From NCBI RefSeq assembly GCF_009914755.1, contig NC_060945.1: a stretch of 64,000 nucleotides of DNA; one strand, given 5' to 3'. The stretch comes from the human T2T-CHM13v2.0 reference genome, Homo sapiens. Positions 42,644 through 55,704 of this stretch are shown here, piece after piece; within the stretch, counting starts at the first letter, position 1, and each line of letters starts with the position of its first letter. The notes beneath the pieces were generated by a model. That model was not told the origin of the DNA, did not search any database, and saw only the letters and a program-made list of their open reading frames with translations. A program made the position numbers and the translations under genes.

Positions 42644-42790
42644 ATCAAAATTCAAATACATTGTTTTCTATGGCCAAGGAATGGCGACAGTGGACACTGC
42701 TGAGCTTCCTCCATTGCTCTCTCTCACTGTGTCTCGGAGCCCGGTCTTGAAGGCAAGGAGAAACGGGGCGGTGCATAAATACGGGGTAAA
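42644..42790 (-). promoter_or_regulatory. SAMSN1: Candidate alternative promoter and short non-coding first exon for the MEIRL isoform
   Basis: Local CpG enrichment, GC box GGGGCGG at 42765-42771, donor GAT|gtaagc at 42644/42643. The TSS position is an inference. Confidence 0.45.
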
Positions 42791-42956
42791 ATTCAGGAAC
42801 AGATGGGGATGTCTGTTTTAAAATAACTTGGCAATAAAAAAAAATCCTCAATGTTTAATGATTATCTTAAGACTTTATCAAAATGGGCTTCATTAACGTA
42901 TGCTTCCTTAGTTCTCCCTCAAAGGAGTTTTAACAGCTTATTGAGTTCTTACTTAC

Positions 42957-43083
42957 GGAGGTTTATTAATGTCGGTTTCACCTCATCCAGATTCTGCACT
43001 CTGGCTTTCTTAGTCCAAACCAGTTTCTGTAGTCGCTTTAATGTCCCCATTGATTCCACAGGGTCACTGCCTGATTTTATGGC
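42957..43083 (-). CDS. SAMSN1: Coding exon of a long SAMSN1 isoform, 127 nt, phase 0 to 1 (AIKSGSDPVESMGTLKRLQKLVWTKKARVQNLDEVKPTLINL)
   Basis: Acceptor tgtgtttgtgctag|GCC and donor CTCC|gtaagt. Stop-free and in frame with the 41795 exon (C+AA=Q). Resembles the SASH1 segment ESVKFKRLHKLV...VEEMKKP (recalled). Confidence 0.8.
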
Positions 43084-45293
43084 CTAGCACAAACACAGCT
43101 CAAGGTAAAGACAAATTATTCCTCACAAAAGATTAAATATAAAATATGTTGAGATCATAAATGTGGAAAAATTAATAATGTGACCTTAAAACCTGAAGCC
43201 TGAGTCAATTTAAGCACTAACTTGAAAGCACACCATACTTTTTGGGTTCAAAATTATAAAATATGTTACAACTGGCCAGTCATACTAAAGCAGAGTGGTT
43301 TTACCATTTTTTTTTTTTTTTACTTCAAAATACAGCAAAATGGATTGAATTCAGAAATATCTATAAATGACTCACTCCTGCCCACTGTGAAACAGCGGAA
43401 AAAAACAAGATCTTTGCAGTGTAATATAGATGGAACAAGAGGTTCAAAGTTGCTATTTGCTAGTATTGGAATAGACTGATAGTATACAAAGTCTACCTGC
43501 TAATATTAGATAAAGCAGAATTTAAATAGTCTTCATTTTCTTTTTGGAAATTTGTGGACAAACAACATTTGTTTCAAGTATGAAAATTTTTCAAATAACA
43601 TACTTTTAAAAAAATAGCCTCTTGCTTTCTAGAAGATATGCACTAAGTGAAACAAAAGATAGCCACAGCATACCACATCATGTTTTAGAATATGTGTCAC
43701 TTGTTTATTATGACAAAATATGGACAAAATATAATTAACATTGCATTAATGACTCTTGTTTTCTTTAAAAGATTCAGGAATGTTTCCCACTAGTTTACTG
43801 TTGAATTTGTATTTATACAGCTTTTACTTATTATCTTAAGTATAGTTCCTCTTAAGGATTTCAAAATACTTTGGAAATTAACTCTTTGTGTGCTAAGTTT
43901 TATAGGAATTGATAAAAATCATTGTGTTCTGTTGAATTCACTAGTTGTGATGTAATACATATAGGAATACTTTTTCATCCAGAAAGTTCTAGACTCAGAA
44001 ATATTTCTCCACCTGCTTTTGTCTCATTCTTTCCATTGAACAGCTGATAAATAGCATCTACAAAGACACTGCAGTTTTCAAGAGGTGAATATTTGCTTCC
44101 TCATTAATGTTTGAATGAGACATATTTATAATAATGCTTTCCAATCCTTTTAAGGAGACTATAAGCCCAAATAAATGTTTGGAAGTAAAGGATATCTGAC
44201 ATGCAACATTTCCAATCTTTATACTCAGCTGTTATCTTTGTTCTTTAAGAATGACTTTGCACAACCAGTATAAACTTGTTGATCTGTCTCTGCAAAATAG
44301 CACTTACGTAGGAAATGTGACGTTTTTGTCAGAGGAAGCCATACCTTTTTGCATTAAATAAGTGGGAAAATATTGAAATCATTTTAATCTTTCAGAAAGG
44401 ACTGTGATGAGATATGCTTAGAAGCACAAAATCTTCCCTCTCTTTCCAAAGGCCATGCTCTGCTCATCACAATTTCTATTGCTGTTTATTTTTTTGTATT
44501 ATTTCTCAGTGTTTCTTTTAGTGCTTTCTGAGTTACTTGATTTTATAGACCCTTTACAACTCAGGAAAGGCCATTTTCTACTCTTTAGACCCTTTCAGAA
44601 ATAATAAGATGACATTGCACAACCATTTTTTCTTTGTTGTGCTTCTATTCTTATGGCAACTTCTTGTTACAGCCAAAGCTTAATTGCTCCACTGAAACAC
44701 TGGCAACAAAAATCGTCTTCTCTTCTCCCTTTGTGAAAAAGGCTTTCACTTAATGTGGAGAAAGGTATTATATACCAGGGAAATGGAACTTTGTATAAAT
44801 GATTTTCCCCCAAGAGGAACTAAAGCATTTGGAAGGTATCTGAATTCAGGTAAGTAAGATCTCATGTCCTAGAGGTTTTAAAACAAACTGACCTTTCATT
44901 ATTTTGTTCACATTCTATTGTAGCCTTTTTAAAGCATGATATTGTTAATTTTTGTATCTTTATTCACTTTGAGTTACTGGACATCAGTCTACTGCATTTT
45001 ATTTATTTTTAAAAATCCTATGTGCCTAGGATTGTACATGGCTTAATAAATATGTACTGAATGTAAATACAATCCTAATTTTATACATGTTTTATATACA
45101 AAATGGAGTATCCATAGTACATGTTTGATACTAGACTCATTACTTTCTAGTAGCAAATTATTTCTGGACAACCTCCTCTTGTTAATAGGTACTATATATC
45201 CAAGGGATGAAATTTAGAGTTAATATTATTATAAAAGATATAGAATCATTACAACTATGTATTAAAAAGAAAATGTATTCAGATTAAAAATAC

Positions 45294-45626
<333 letters not shown>

Positions 45627-45769
45627 TCAAATAATAACCCTATTTATCTCAATTCTCTTATCCATTACCTACATATTTGTACTGAATGTGATTGATTAAG
45701 TTTTATAGTAACATACCTTTTAAATTTTAAATGTGTTCTAAGAAGATTAACCCATAAATTAAACCTAGC

Positions 45770-46400
45770 ATTCAACAAATCAATAAACTTTTATTTGAGC
45801 ACCTAGTAAATGCCAAGCACTATCTCACATTCTGGGGATATGGCATAGAGGAAGTAATATGAGATCACAGTTTTTATCAAGTCTAATTCTAGAGGGAGGT
45901 GACAGGCGATAAACATATAAACAAGTATATAAACATAAGAATGTGACATAAGAAATGCTGTATTAATAATTAACAGGGTGATTAGTGAGGATGCAAAAAG
46001 AGGGTTTATTAATATACTGATCAGGAGGAGCTTCACTGAAGATACTAAAGCTGAGGCCTGAATGATGAGAAGGAACCAGATATGTGAAGATTTAGAGAGG
46101 GTTTAGAATTCAGCAGATGGTCAGAAAGAATATTTCACCTGAGACTTGCATTGGAGAAAAAGTCAGCCAGGCAAGTAGCAGAGAGAAGAGAAGTCTTGGA
46201 ACACAATACAGTTTGCAAAGGTTCTAAAGCTGGAATTTCTGGAAGAATGCTTAGTATGTGCCCATGAAGGGAAAGAAAGGAAGAGTACCAAGAGATGAGC
46301 CCAGAGAATAACAGAGATCCTTCCAGGAAGCTTCTGTAGAGCAGGTTGAAGAATATGGAATATCTAATCAGAGGGTGATACAACTTGGTTTACAGTTTTG
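45770..46400 (-). mobile_element. L2 remnant
   Basis: CATTCAACAAAT...TTTATTTGAGCACCTAGTAAATGCCAAGCACT (antisense L2 3' end), AAGCTGAGGCCTGAATGATGAGAAGGA. Confidence 0.6.
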
Positions 46401-47057
46401 TTCTTCTCTCTCTACTGAATTTTGATTTTCCATTTCAATGGACTCTTCCCAATAGCATTCAAACGTGCTTCATGTTATTCATCTTTACTTCACCATCTTT
46501 TATTTACCACTTTTTCTATTCTTCTTTGATCCTAGGCATTTGTATCAAAAATGTGAACTATGTATGCTTCCTTTAATTCTATTAACTTCTCATCCTTTTA
46601 ATCTATCTCATCTATCAGCTTTCATCTCTACCATTCCCTTTTAATTGTCATTTTGATCTAATGAGCCATTCTTAAACTCCTTTACTATTTGATATTCAGC
46701 AATGTTGACCACAGTGACCTTCTGGAAACACTCTCTTTTCTTGGCTTCTGTGACACCATGTTCCTCTGATTTTCCTTTTGCCTTTTTTGGCCCTTCCCTC
46801 TATAACTCCTATATGCTGACACCTTCCTTTTCTTGAAATTAAATTTTGAAATTACTTAAGGATTAACCCTGGCCTTTTATCTGATATCACCACCATTCTC
46901 TTCTCATGTGCATGCATGCACACATACCACTTTTAATATCACTTATATGCTAATGACTCCCAATTTATTTCTTTCCCCAGGCCTCTCTGCAGAGCTTCAG
47001 ACTCACATATCCAACTATGTATTTAAAACAATTTTTTTTTTGTTTTATCCATCACCT

Positions 47058-47891
47058 TATTTATTTATTTATTTATTTTTTTAATTTTTTTTATTACACT
47101 TTAAGTTTTAGGGTACATGTGCACATTGTGCAGGTTAGTTACATATGTATACATGTGCCATGCTGGTGCGCTGCATTAGGTATATCTCCCAATGCTATCC
47201 CTCCCCCCTCCCCCCACCCCGCAACAGTCCCCAGAGTGTGATATTCCCCTTCCTGTGTCCATGTGATCTCATTGTTCAATTCCCACCTATGAGTGAGAAT
47301 ATGCGGTGTTTGGTTTTTTGTTCTTGCGATAGTTTACCGAGAATGATGATTTCCAATTTCATCCATGTCCCTACAAAGGACATGAACTCATCATTTTTTA
47401 TGGCTGCATAGTATCCCATGGTGTATATGTGCCATATTTTCTTAATCCAGTCTATCATTGTTGGACATTTGGGTTGGTTCCAAGTCTTTGCTATTGTGAA
47501 TAATGCCGCAATAAACATACGTGTGCATGTGTCTTTATAGCAGCATGATTTATAGTCCTTTGGGTATATACCCAGTAATGGGATGGCTGGGTCAAATGGT
47601 ATTTCTAGTTCTAGATCCCTGAGGAATCGCCACACTGACTTCCACAATGGTTGAACTAGTTTACAGTCCCACCAACAGTGTAAAAGTGTTCCTATTTCTC
47701 CACATCCTCTCCAGCACCTGTTGTTTCCTGACTTTTTAATGATCGCCATTCTAACTGGTGTGAGATGGTATCTCATTGTGGTTTTGATTTGCATTTCTCT
47801 GATGGCCAGTGATGATGAGCATTTTTTCATGTGTTTTTTGGCTGCATAAATGTCTTCTTTTGAGAAGTATCTGTTCATGTCCTTCGCCCAC
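47058..47891 (-). mobile_element. Young 5'-truncated L1PA (about 830 bp, ORF2 C-terminus plus 3'UTR)
   Basis: ORF 47276-47878 is near-consensus L1 ORF2 C-terminus ([20 protein letters not shown]...[19 protein letters not shown]...[10 protein letters not shown]). T-rich tail at about 47058-47093. Confidence 0.96.
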
Positions 47892-47994
47892 TAAGCACAG
47901 TCAGAACTGACCTCTAGAACTATGCTCCAAATATGATGCTCATCCCATCTTCTTCAACTCAGTGAAGGCCATCTTCATCCACCCAAGTGCACAT

Positions 47995-48094
47995 TCCATA
48001 ACTAAGAGTTTCATCTATTCTATCTTCAAAATGTATCTTGAATGTCCATAACTAAGAGTTTCGTCTATTCTATCTCCAAAATGTATCTTGAATG
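47995..48094. repeat. 50-bp tandem duplication
   Basis: TCCATAACTAAGAGTTTC(A/G)TCTATTCTATCT(T/C)CAAAATGTATCTTGAATG x2, 2 mismatches. Confidence 0.95.
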
Positions 48095-49577
48095 TTTCTT
48101 TTTCTCCATCTCTATTGTTACCAATCTAGTTTAATTTTCTTTCATTGAAACTACTGTCAAGTCTCTAATTGGTTTTCTTTTCACTTTTGTCTTTGTAATT
48201 TAGAGTCTTCTTTGAAAGATATAAATTTCCATCAAAATGGTAATTATATGTTAATGTAAATGTAATTTTTCATATGTATATATTTAACATGTATATACTA
48301 TGTATTTCATATATTTGTGTCTATAAACAGAAATATCTTTTAGTTCATTTTGCTCACTCTTCCTTAAGTAATACAAAAATTTTGTTAGAAGTGCTTGGTT
48401 AAATATATCTCATTTTCAGACACTTTGCTTGAATATTAATATTAGAGAATACTTTTTAGAAGATAGCATCAATGAATTATTGAACTGGATTAGTCCTACG
48501 ATCATATTTTATGAGCTAGGATGGAAATTATTAGACATCTAGTCTACCAGGCTATATAAAAAATGAGAAAACTCAGAGAAGTTAAGTGGCTTACTCAAGG
48601 AAAGATAATTTATTAATAATAGAGTTGGGATGGAAATCAAGTATTCTGACTTTTAATCCAATGTTCTTTCTTACAAGATCTTTAAATGCCAGCATAATTA
48701 CTAGTTATCTAGTATTGACAGCCAAATTAAGACCAACCAAATTCAGGGAATTTATTTGGAGGTTAAATATGGCTTTCCAAAACAGAGGATAAGTATCAGG
48801 TACTTTCAGATTTATAGGCCTATCCTCTTAAATATACATAATTAAGAAGGAAATATATAAATATATGTGTGTGTACGTATGTATATACCTACATATATTT
48901 GCTGGAAAGGCATTTAAAGCTTTTAAATCTCTCTTGATTTTATCACTTCCTTTTAAAGAAGGAAAATTTAGGCTTATGGAGACTAACAAAATCCAGATTG
49001 CGTTATCTGTCTGAATTATGTTCTCTTTACTCCACTAATGAAAAGATAGCTGAATAACACGTCAGACTTGAATGAAGTAAAAAACAAAACAAAACAAAGC
49101 AGAAAACCCTTTGTTTTTGCTCTTCTTCTTAATTTCTGATTTGGAAAAATTTTCCTCTCTAGTGTCATATTTAACAAATATTCAAATAACAAATCCTAAT
49201 AACTTGATGTCTATCTCACATAATTTCTTCAACAGGAGAAATGGAGTTTTTCAAAAATTAATATTTTGGTTTATTTTTAAAGAAAACTGTAATGGAAACC
49301 GAAACTTCAAGTAGTTTCATATGTATCACATTGACAGTTTTCTCTAAGTTTTCTGGTCTTATGACTCGTTGTTTCATTATTAAAACTGTGCCAGTGTATG
49401 CATAGGGCTTAGAAATTTTTTAATGCTCCCATGTATTAAGTGAAAAACCAGAATGTAAATTTGTATAAAAAGTACAAACACCATTATATGTGGCCTTTTT
49501 CTATCTTTATATATTCTACTCTTCTTAGTTTTCTACAGTGAAGATGTGTTAGTTTTGTAATTAGCATAATTGGGAGA

Positions 49578-49906
<329 letters not shown>

Positions 49907-52900
49907 TAAACTACAAAATGTATTTAGAAGGCAGATTTCAATAATCCAATCTATCCTTGCTAAGGACAGAAGTATTCAATTTTTTCTACTGGTAATTTGT
50001 TCTTAGCCACTTGAATGGGAAGGTGCTTAGAGACAGGAAGAAGAGAGCTACTTTCATGGTAAAACAAAATAAAGAAGAGGTTTTAAATGTTGAATTATTA
50101 AACCCCTAACTCTATATCTTCATTTCCTCCTATATAAAAGTGACTAGTCTCTATTCATGACCTAAAACATATTCTAAAAAGATAATTTTTAAGGTCACAA
50201 TGATCAATAAACATTTAGAAACTCAATGGACAGTAATAAAACCAATGGGATTATGAACTAGAATTGATCAATGCAAACACATGAAAACAAATACATTTCA
50301 CTTCAGAGGTTTATTTTATTGCTTTCTTGGAAATACAATTAATTAAAAAGACAATTTAAGATAATTTATGCAAATGAAATATTGATTGAAGAAATAATTA
50401 CAGTTGGTGGGAAAATTGCCATGTTGACATTAGATATTCATATATCATTATAATTTTAAAAATTATTATTTTTCAGTGATAGAAACTGAACTTAAACTAA
50501 GATTGGAAAAACACAATAAAGCTAGGCAAAATTTTAAGTCATCAAATAAATGAGTAATTGAATGAATTAGTTAATAAAATCAAATATATTCTCCTGGAAG
50601 GCTTATAAGACATTTATTTATTCATTTATCAGATGAGGACCTAATTTATTACTGAGGACCTAATCTACGGGAGGTGCAAAGAAGAATGAAATATTGTGTC
50701 TGCCTGTGATGCACATTGCTTAATATGAATACTAAGAAAAATAGTCATCTGTTTCTGTTCCTGTCCCCCTCACTGCAAGGTGATTTCTTTGGGGTTCTAG
50801 TACTGTTTTACACATATCACTTCCTAGAGTCAGTATGGTCAATAAATACATTCAATCTCAACAGCAGGCCAAAAATACATCTGGAGGAAAAAGTAGATGT
50901 GTCATATGAGAACTACAAATAAAATTCAATGATTATTCACAGGAGAAAGATTGCATAAGGTGAGAGTAGGGAGAAGAAATGTGCTTGGCTAGAGGATTAG
51001 CAGGTATTTAAGAAGCTAAGCAGTATAATTTAGGTTATCTAACAAAGCCATTTATGTAATAGTCTTATTCCACTGTAAAAACACTAAAACCCTTTCAAGT
51101 CCTAACATAATATTCTAGCTCCTCCTTCCTCTCAAGCAGATTTTGATGTGCATAATTCTGGTTTTGGAATAACATGCCCTCTGAGAACACAGTAAAAAAA
51201 GAAAGGAGTCTTTCAGAAGCCACACAGGCCCAATTTTCCATAGTATAATGAAGTCGCAATGTCACTGTCATTTCTCCACTTCTGCAGGGGAAGCCAAGAC
51301 TGCTTTTTGCTCACTGACCTATAGCTTTGGGTCAGTCTTTGAATGTGGACACACTGCCAAGCTAGCTGGGAGTTGCCAGGATTACACAAACCAGCATTGC
51401 AAATGGGGGTTGTGTTGATTTAAGAGAAAAGGCCACAGAAGCCACATCTTTCTTACTTCCTGCGTAATATCCTCTGCTCTGAAATTTTGAAGAAGTTTCT
51501 AGAACTACTCATAAGAACATTTCTGTTTCTGGGTACACCTCCTAGCTGACCAAAAATTATGAACAATAGGAAATTTAAGAGCCAGTATGCAAATTAATTA
51601 ATTTTTATTAAGTATCTATTGGATTCTTAGCAAGAAGAGGAGCTATGAATGGAAAATTACACAGTAAAAAAACATTTTTATCTAATATTTATTTCATATA
51701 CACAAGAAATGTTAAGAAAACCTAGAGTAAGAACCTGCCCTTGTGTGCCGACTAATGATTGTTCTGCTTTGAAAATCTGCTTTGTGACTGGCCATGTGAA
51801 CTTGAGTGAGCCACTTCTCCTCTCTGCACTTCAGCCCTTCATCTTTAAATTGAAGGATTGGATCACAGGAATTCATTGTTCCTCAAATATCCTTGGGGAC
51901 ATTTGACTAGATAAGTATCTTCTTTTGTTACTTTACATAAATTCTTGAGCCTTAGAAAAATATCAAGGAAAAAGTGAGAATGACCTACTGTTAATCACAG
52001 ATTATCAGAGTCTAAAGAAATATTCTCTACTCCAACATTTTACTTCAAAAATGTGGAAACGGAAATGCAGAAATACGAATTAAGTGGCCTAAGAGCACAG
52101 TCCGTGGTAGAGCCAAGTCCTGCAATCTAGTTCTCTTGCTTCTGTTTCTAATTAAGGAATTTCATAATCCTCCCAAATGTATAGCTTTATTTTCATCTGA
52201 AAGTCCTGTTAGTATTTACTGAGGTTCATTTGTTTGTTTCCCACAGCTTTTTGATATTTAACTAGTCATTAAAAACTCAGATAGCATGAGAAATAGCAAT
52301 AATTTTCTTTTAGGGAACAGAAGTAATATTTAAATCATAACTTTCCATCACCTCTTCCTCCTACCTAGCACAACTTAGACATCTCTTAGACAAAAAAATA
52401 CATATAGTTGAAAAGAAAACTATTATAAAAACTTAGATGTTAATAACATGTTAATAATATTGGGGAAGAGAGAGCTATAAATAAAGATATCAAAACTTTT
52501 GTATTCATACCTACATAAAGAAACATGATTTACTAAGAGTAGTTATTTCTCACAAAATTACAGTTACATTTTGGGAAGCAATGGTCAAATAAGTTGCAAA
52601 CATTAGCTTGTAGTGTTCTGAAGCCATCTAGAACAAGAACTACAAATAGGACTTATAGTTGTTTCATATCAATAATGCTATAATACTTGTTGATGTATGT
52701 GAATATCCTGGAAATTTGCCTGACCTTCTAAAACATGTCCTTTCCATGAACTTCTGTTTAGCAATATCTCAACAAGGAAAGGAAGGCAGTTGATGTGATT
52801 TTAATATCATAAGGGAGAGCTGGCACACAGAGATACTTTTTAAAAAATGGTTTTACTATATTTCATTCTATGGACTATAATCCAATTAATTACTTGATTT

Positions 52901-53310
52901 CCTGTTATGGCATACTCATGCTGTTTCCAAGTTCTCTTTTTTAGCAATGCTATAATGATGTACACTTCTCCCAGAAACATGGGATAACACCTATTTCCCC
53001 CAAAATCAGACGACATGCTTTTTAACATTATAAATTTTTTCCTATCTCAGGAAAAATTGCTAAATTTTAGGGAAAATTTTTTATATAACAACCTTTCCTT
53101 CTTTGAAGGAAATGCTTTATGTTCCTTTTAGTTCAGAAAACCACTCAGTAAGGACAAGCCTCTATTTATGTTCTTTAGAAACACTTCCATGTGGCAGCTG
53201 AAAACAGAAGTAATAAAGAACTATAGAAAACAGTGCTTGTGGCATTAAAATGAGTGGAAAAGAGATGGGAAATCCACTTAAATAGTTACATCTGGGAAGA
53301 AATGTCTCAC

Positions 53311-53376
53311 CAGTTCATCAACAGTGGTCTCAACATGTCTTTGATAGTGAAATGGACTCCAACATTCAGAGGTCAC
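53311..53376 (-). CDS. SAMSN1: Coding exon of a long SAMSN1 isoform, 66 nt, phase 0 to 0 (VTSECWSPFHYQRHVETTVDEL)
   Basis: Long pyrimidine tract tctctttttccttttctaatttctaag|GTG and donor CTG|gtgaga. Stop-free, and the phase matches both neighbouring exons. Confidence 0.75.
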
Positions 53377-54050
53377 CTTAGAAATTAGAAAAGGAAAAAG
53401 AGACAACTAATGTTAACATTCTTTAAAAAACAAAACAAAAAAACTCCACAAAGCTACCAAACTAATTGGGAAAGGATTCGCTGTCTTAATTAGAAATAAT
53501 TATCTTGTTATCAAAGTACACTGATTAATGTTTCATCAGTGACTTCATCTGCATATATACACATATATAGACAAATATGGAATATGTGTATGTATACATA
53601 GTATATACACATTATATATCCATATATGTGTGTGTGATATGTGTATGTGTCTATGTGTATTAGATTCACTCCTCAGCCCTCACATAGAGCAATTCCAATC
53701 CATGATCTCACATTTAGAAGGGTTGGTGGAAAGGGGGGATCCCGAATGTTTTATGAAGCAGCCCACTCTAATCCCTTAGTGCTCTACATTATTAGGTACA
53801 CAATGGACATCCATTTTAGATACTCTAATTGAGTTTAAACTCAAGCCAAATACACATTTGGATTAATATCTCAAGTCATAGTGTGGGATGTCTTTTATTA
53901 CATTTGGTACCTGTCAGTGTAACCTTCTAACTGTCAGCTTCTACTCCTTTTGAAAACTTTATGTACCTGATATCAAACAATTTCTACCTAGGGCACTTCA
54001 GGACTGCAGCAAAGGGCATTTGATGGAGTCTATAACAGGTAATAAAATGG

Positions 54051-54783
54051 TGCTGTGGTCTGAATATTTGTGTTGCCCCCAAATTAATATGTTGGAATGT
54101 AATACACAATATGATAGTGTATTAGTCCATTTTCACATTGCTGTGAAGAAATACCTAAGACTGGGTAATTTACAAAGAAAAGAAGTGCAATTTGCACACA
54201 GTTCTACAGGCTGTACAAGAAACATAGTGGCTTCTGCTGTAGGGGAGGCCTCAGGAAGCCTCCAGTCATGGTGGAAGGCAAAGGGGGAGCAGGTTTTCTT
54301 ACATTTCAGGAGCAAGAGCAAAAGAATGAAGGCGGAGGGGCTACACACTTGTAAACAACCAGATCTCATGAGAACTCACTTACTGTCATGAGAACAGCTC
54401 CAATGGGTTAATGCTAAACCATTCATGAGAAATCCAATCCCATGATCTAATCACCTCCTACCAGGCCCCACCTACAACACCAGGAACCACAGTTCAACAG
54501 GAGATTTGGGCAGGAACACTTACACAAATTATATCAGATTGTATTAAGAGGTGGGGCTTTTGCGGAAGTAACTAAGTCATGAGGGCCCTCATGAATGGAA
54601 TTAGAGCCCTTATAAAAGTGGTTGAGGGGAGCTGCCTTGCTCCCTTTTTGAAGCAGACACTGAATCTGCTGGTGCCTTGTCTTGGACTTCTCAGCCTCTA
54701 GAGCTGTGGGAAATATGTTTCTGTTTTTACAAATTACCCAGCCTAAGGTACTTTGCTATAGCTGCCTGAAAGAACTAAGACAA
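54051..54783 (+). mobile_element. MaLR LTR (MLT1A/MST-like) hosting a nested LTR
   Basis: TGCTGTGGTCTGAAT start. Resumes TATTAAGAGGTGGGGC at 54542 and ends TATAGCTGCCTGAAAGAACTAAGACA. Confidence 0.75.
54118..54536 (-). mobile_element. MST-type MaLR solo LTR nested in opposite orientation
   Basis: TGTATTAGTCCATTTTCACATTGCT...AAATTATATCA. TSD GATAG / GATTG. Confidence 0.85.
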
Positions 54784-55704
54784 AGGTGATTTCAAATTTT
54801 ATTCTGAGGAGAGTCTGCAATGAGATTAAGAGGAATTTAGAGACAGGGAAATATGAATATTCATTAAACATCTTGAGGGAGTATGCTCCTTTATTTAAAT
54901 ATTTATGACAATCGCAAGAAGTTTTATTGTCACTATTTTACACATAAGGAAATTGAAGCACAGAGAGTTTAAGCAACAAGTTTAAAGTCCAGTGTTTTTA
55001 CTCATATAAATGTAAGGCAAGTTTGGTTTCCATAAAGTCTAAACCCCAGCAGAATTCTGGAGTTCTAGCACACAAAATATAGCCAAAGAGCAAGAGGTTT
55101 GAAGCAGAAAACTGACAAAGTAGCTGAAGTGACTGCAACAAGTACTAAGTGGTTGGATTTTATTTTTGACACAGTATATAAGAGTGCATTTACTAGCCAT
55201 TTTCTGGGCTGCGAAATTCCTTTTTAAAAATGCATGAGAATGATGCTAAGGAATACCAAATAAGTCCTCTCAATCTTTTAGGGAAATCAAAAAGTAAAAC
55301 ACCCATACATTTATGGAGTTCATTCATAAAAATTATTTGTTAGAATCAAGTATTTCCTCTTTTTTAAATAAAAGCTAAATGTAGAGTTGCTTAAACTCTC
55401 TTCTTTAAACGTGAAAGTACACATCATTAATGCAGTATAACTTCGGATAAGGAAATGAGAGAATCCAATATGATCTTAATTTTATTTCACCGGAAACAAG
55501 AGATTTGCATTCCATTTTAATAACCTGTTTCTTTAATACCAACAAAAGCCACTCTTGAAAGTCTTCTACTATTAAAGAGGAGATTAGATTTTTTTTCAAG
55601 ATAACGAAATATAGCCCTATATTCTTTCTACCTGCAAAATAAGTTATAATCCTGCTCTTTGGAAGTAGAAAACTTCTCTGTCTATAACCTCAAAATACTA
55701 TTAG

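Larger units (their letters stand above)
46680..48200 (+). mobile_element. L2 remnant interrupted by a younger L1
   Basis: CAGCAATGTTGACCACAGTGACC...CTTGGCTTCTGTGACACCA and TATATGCTAATGACTCCCAATTTAT are L2-like. Confidence 0.6.

Noticed and set aside
47276-47878. 200-aa ORF
   Set aside because: L1 ORF2 C-terminal fragment of a 5'-truncated element, not a host gene.
49260-49386. Possible terminal coding exon after ctggcacag (FNNETTSHK... or LIMKQRV...)
   Set aside because: Poor pyrimidine tract, and the phase-0 reading needed by the upstream exon stops at once (TTT TAA).
55525-55631. Acceptor ttttgcag|GTAGAAAGA with donor CAG|gttatt
   Set aside because: In-frame TAG in phase 0, length not a multiple of three, weak donor.
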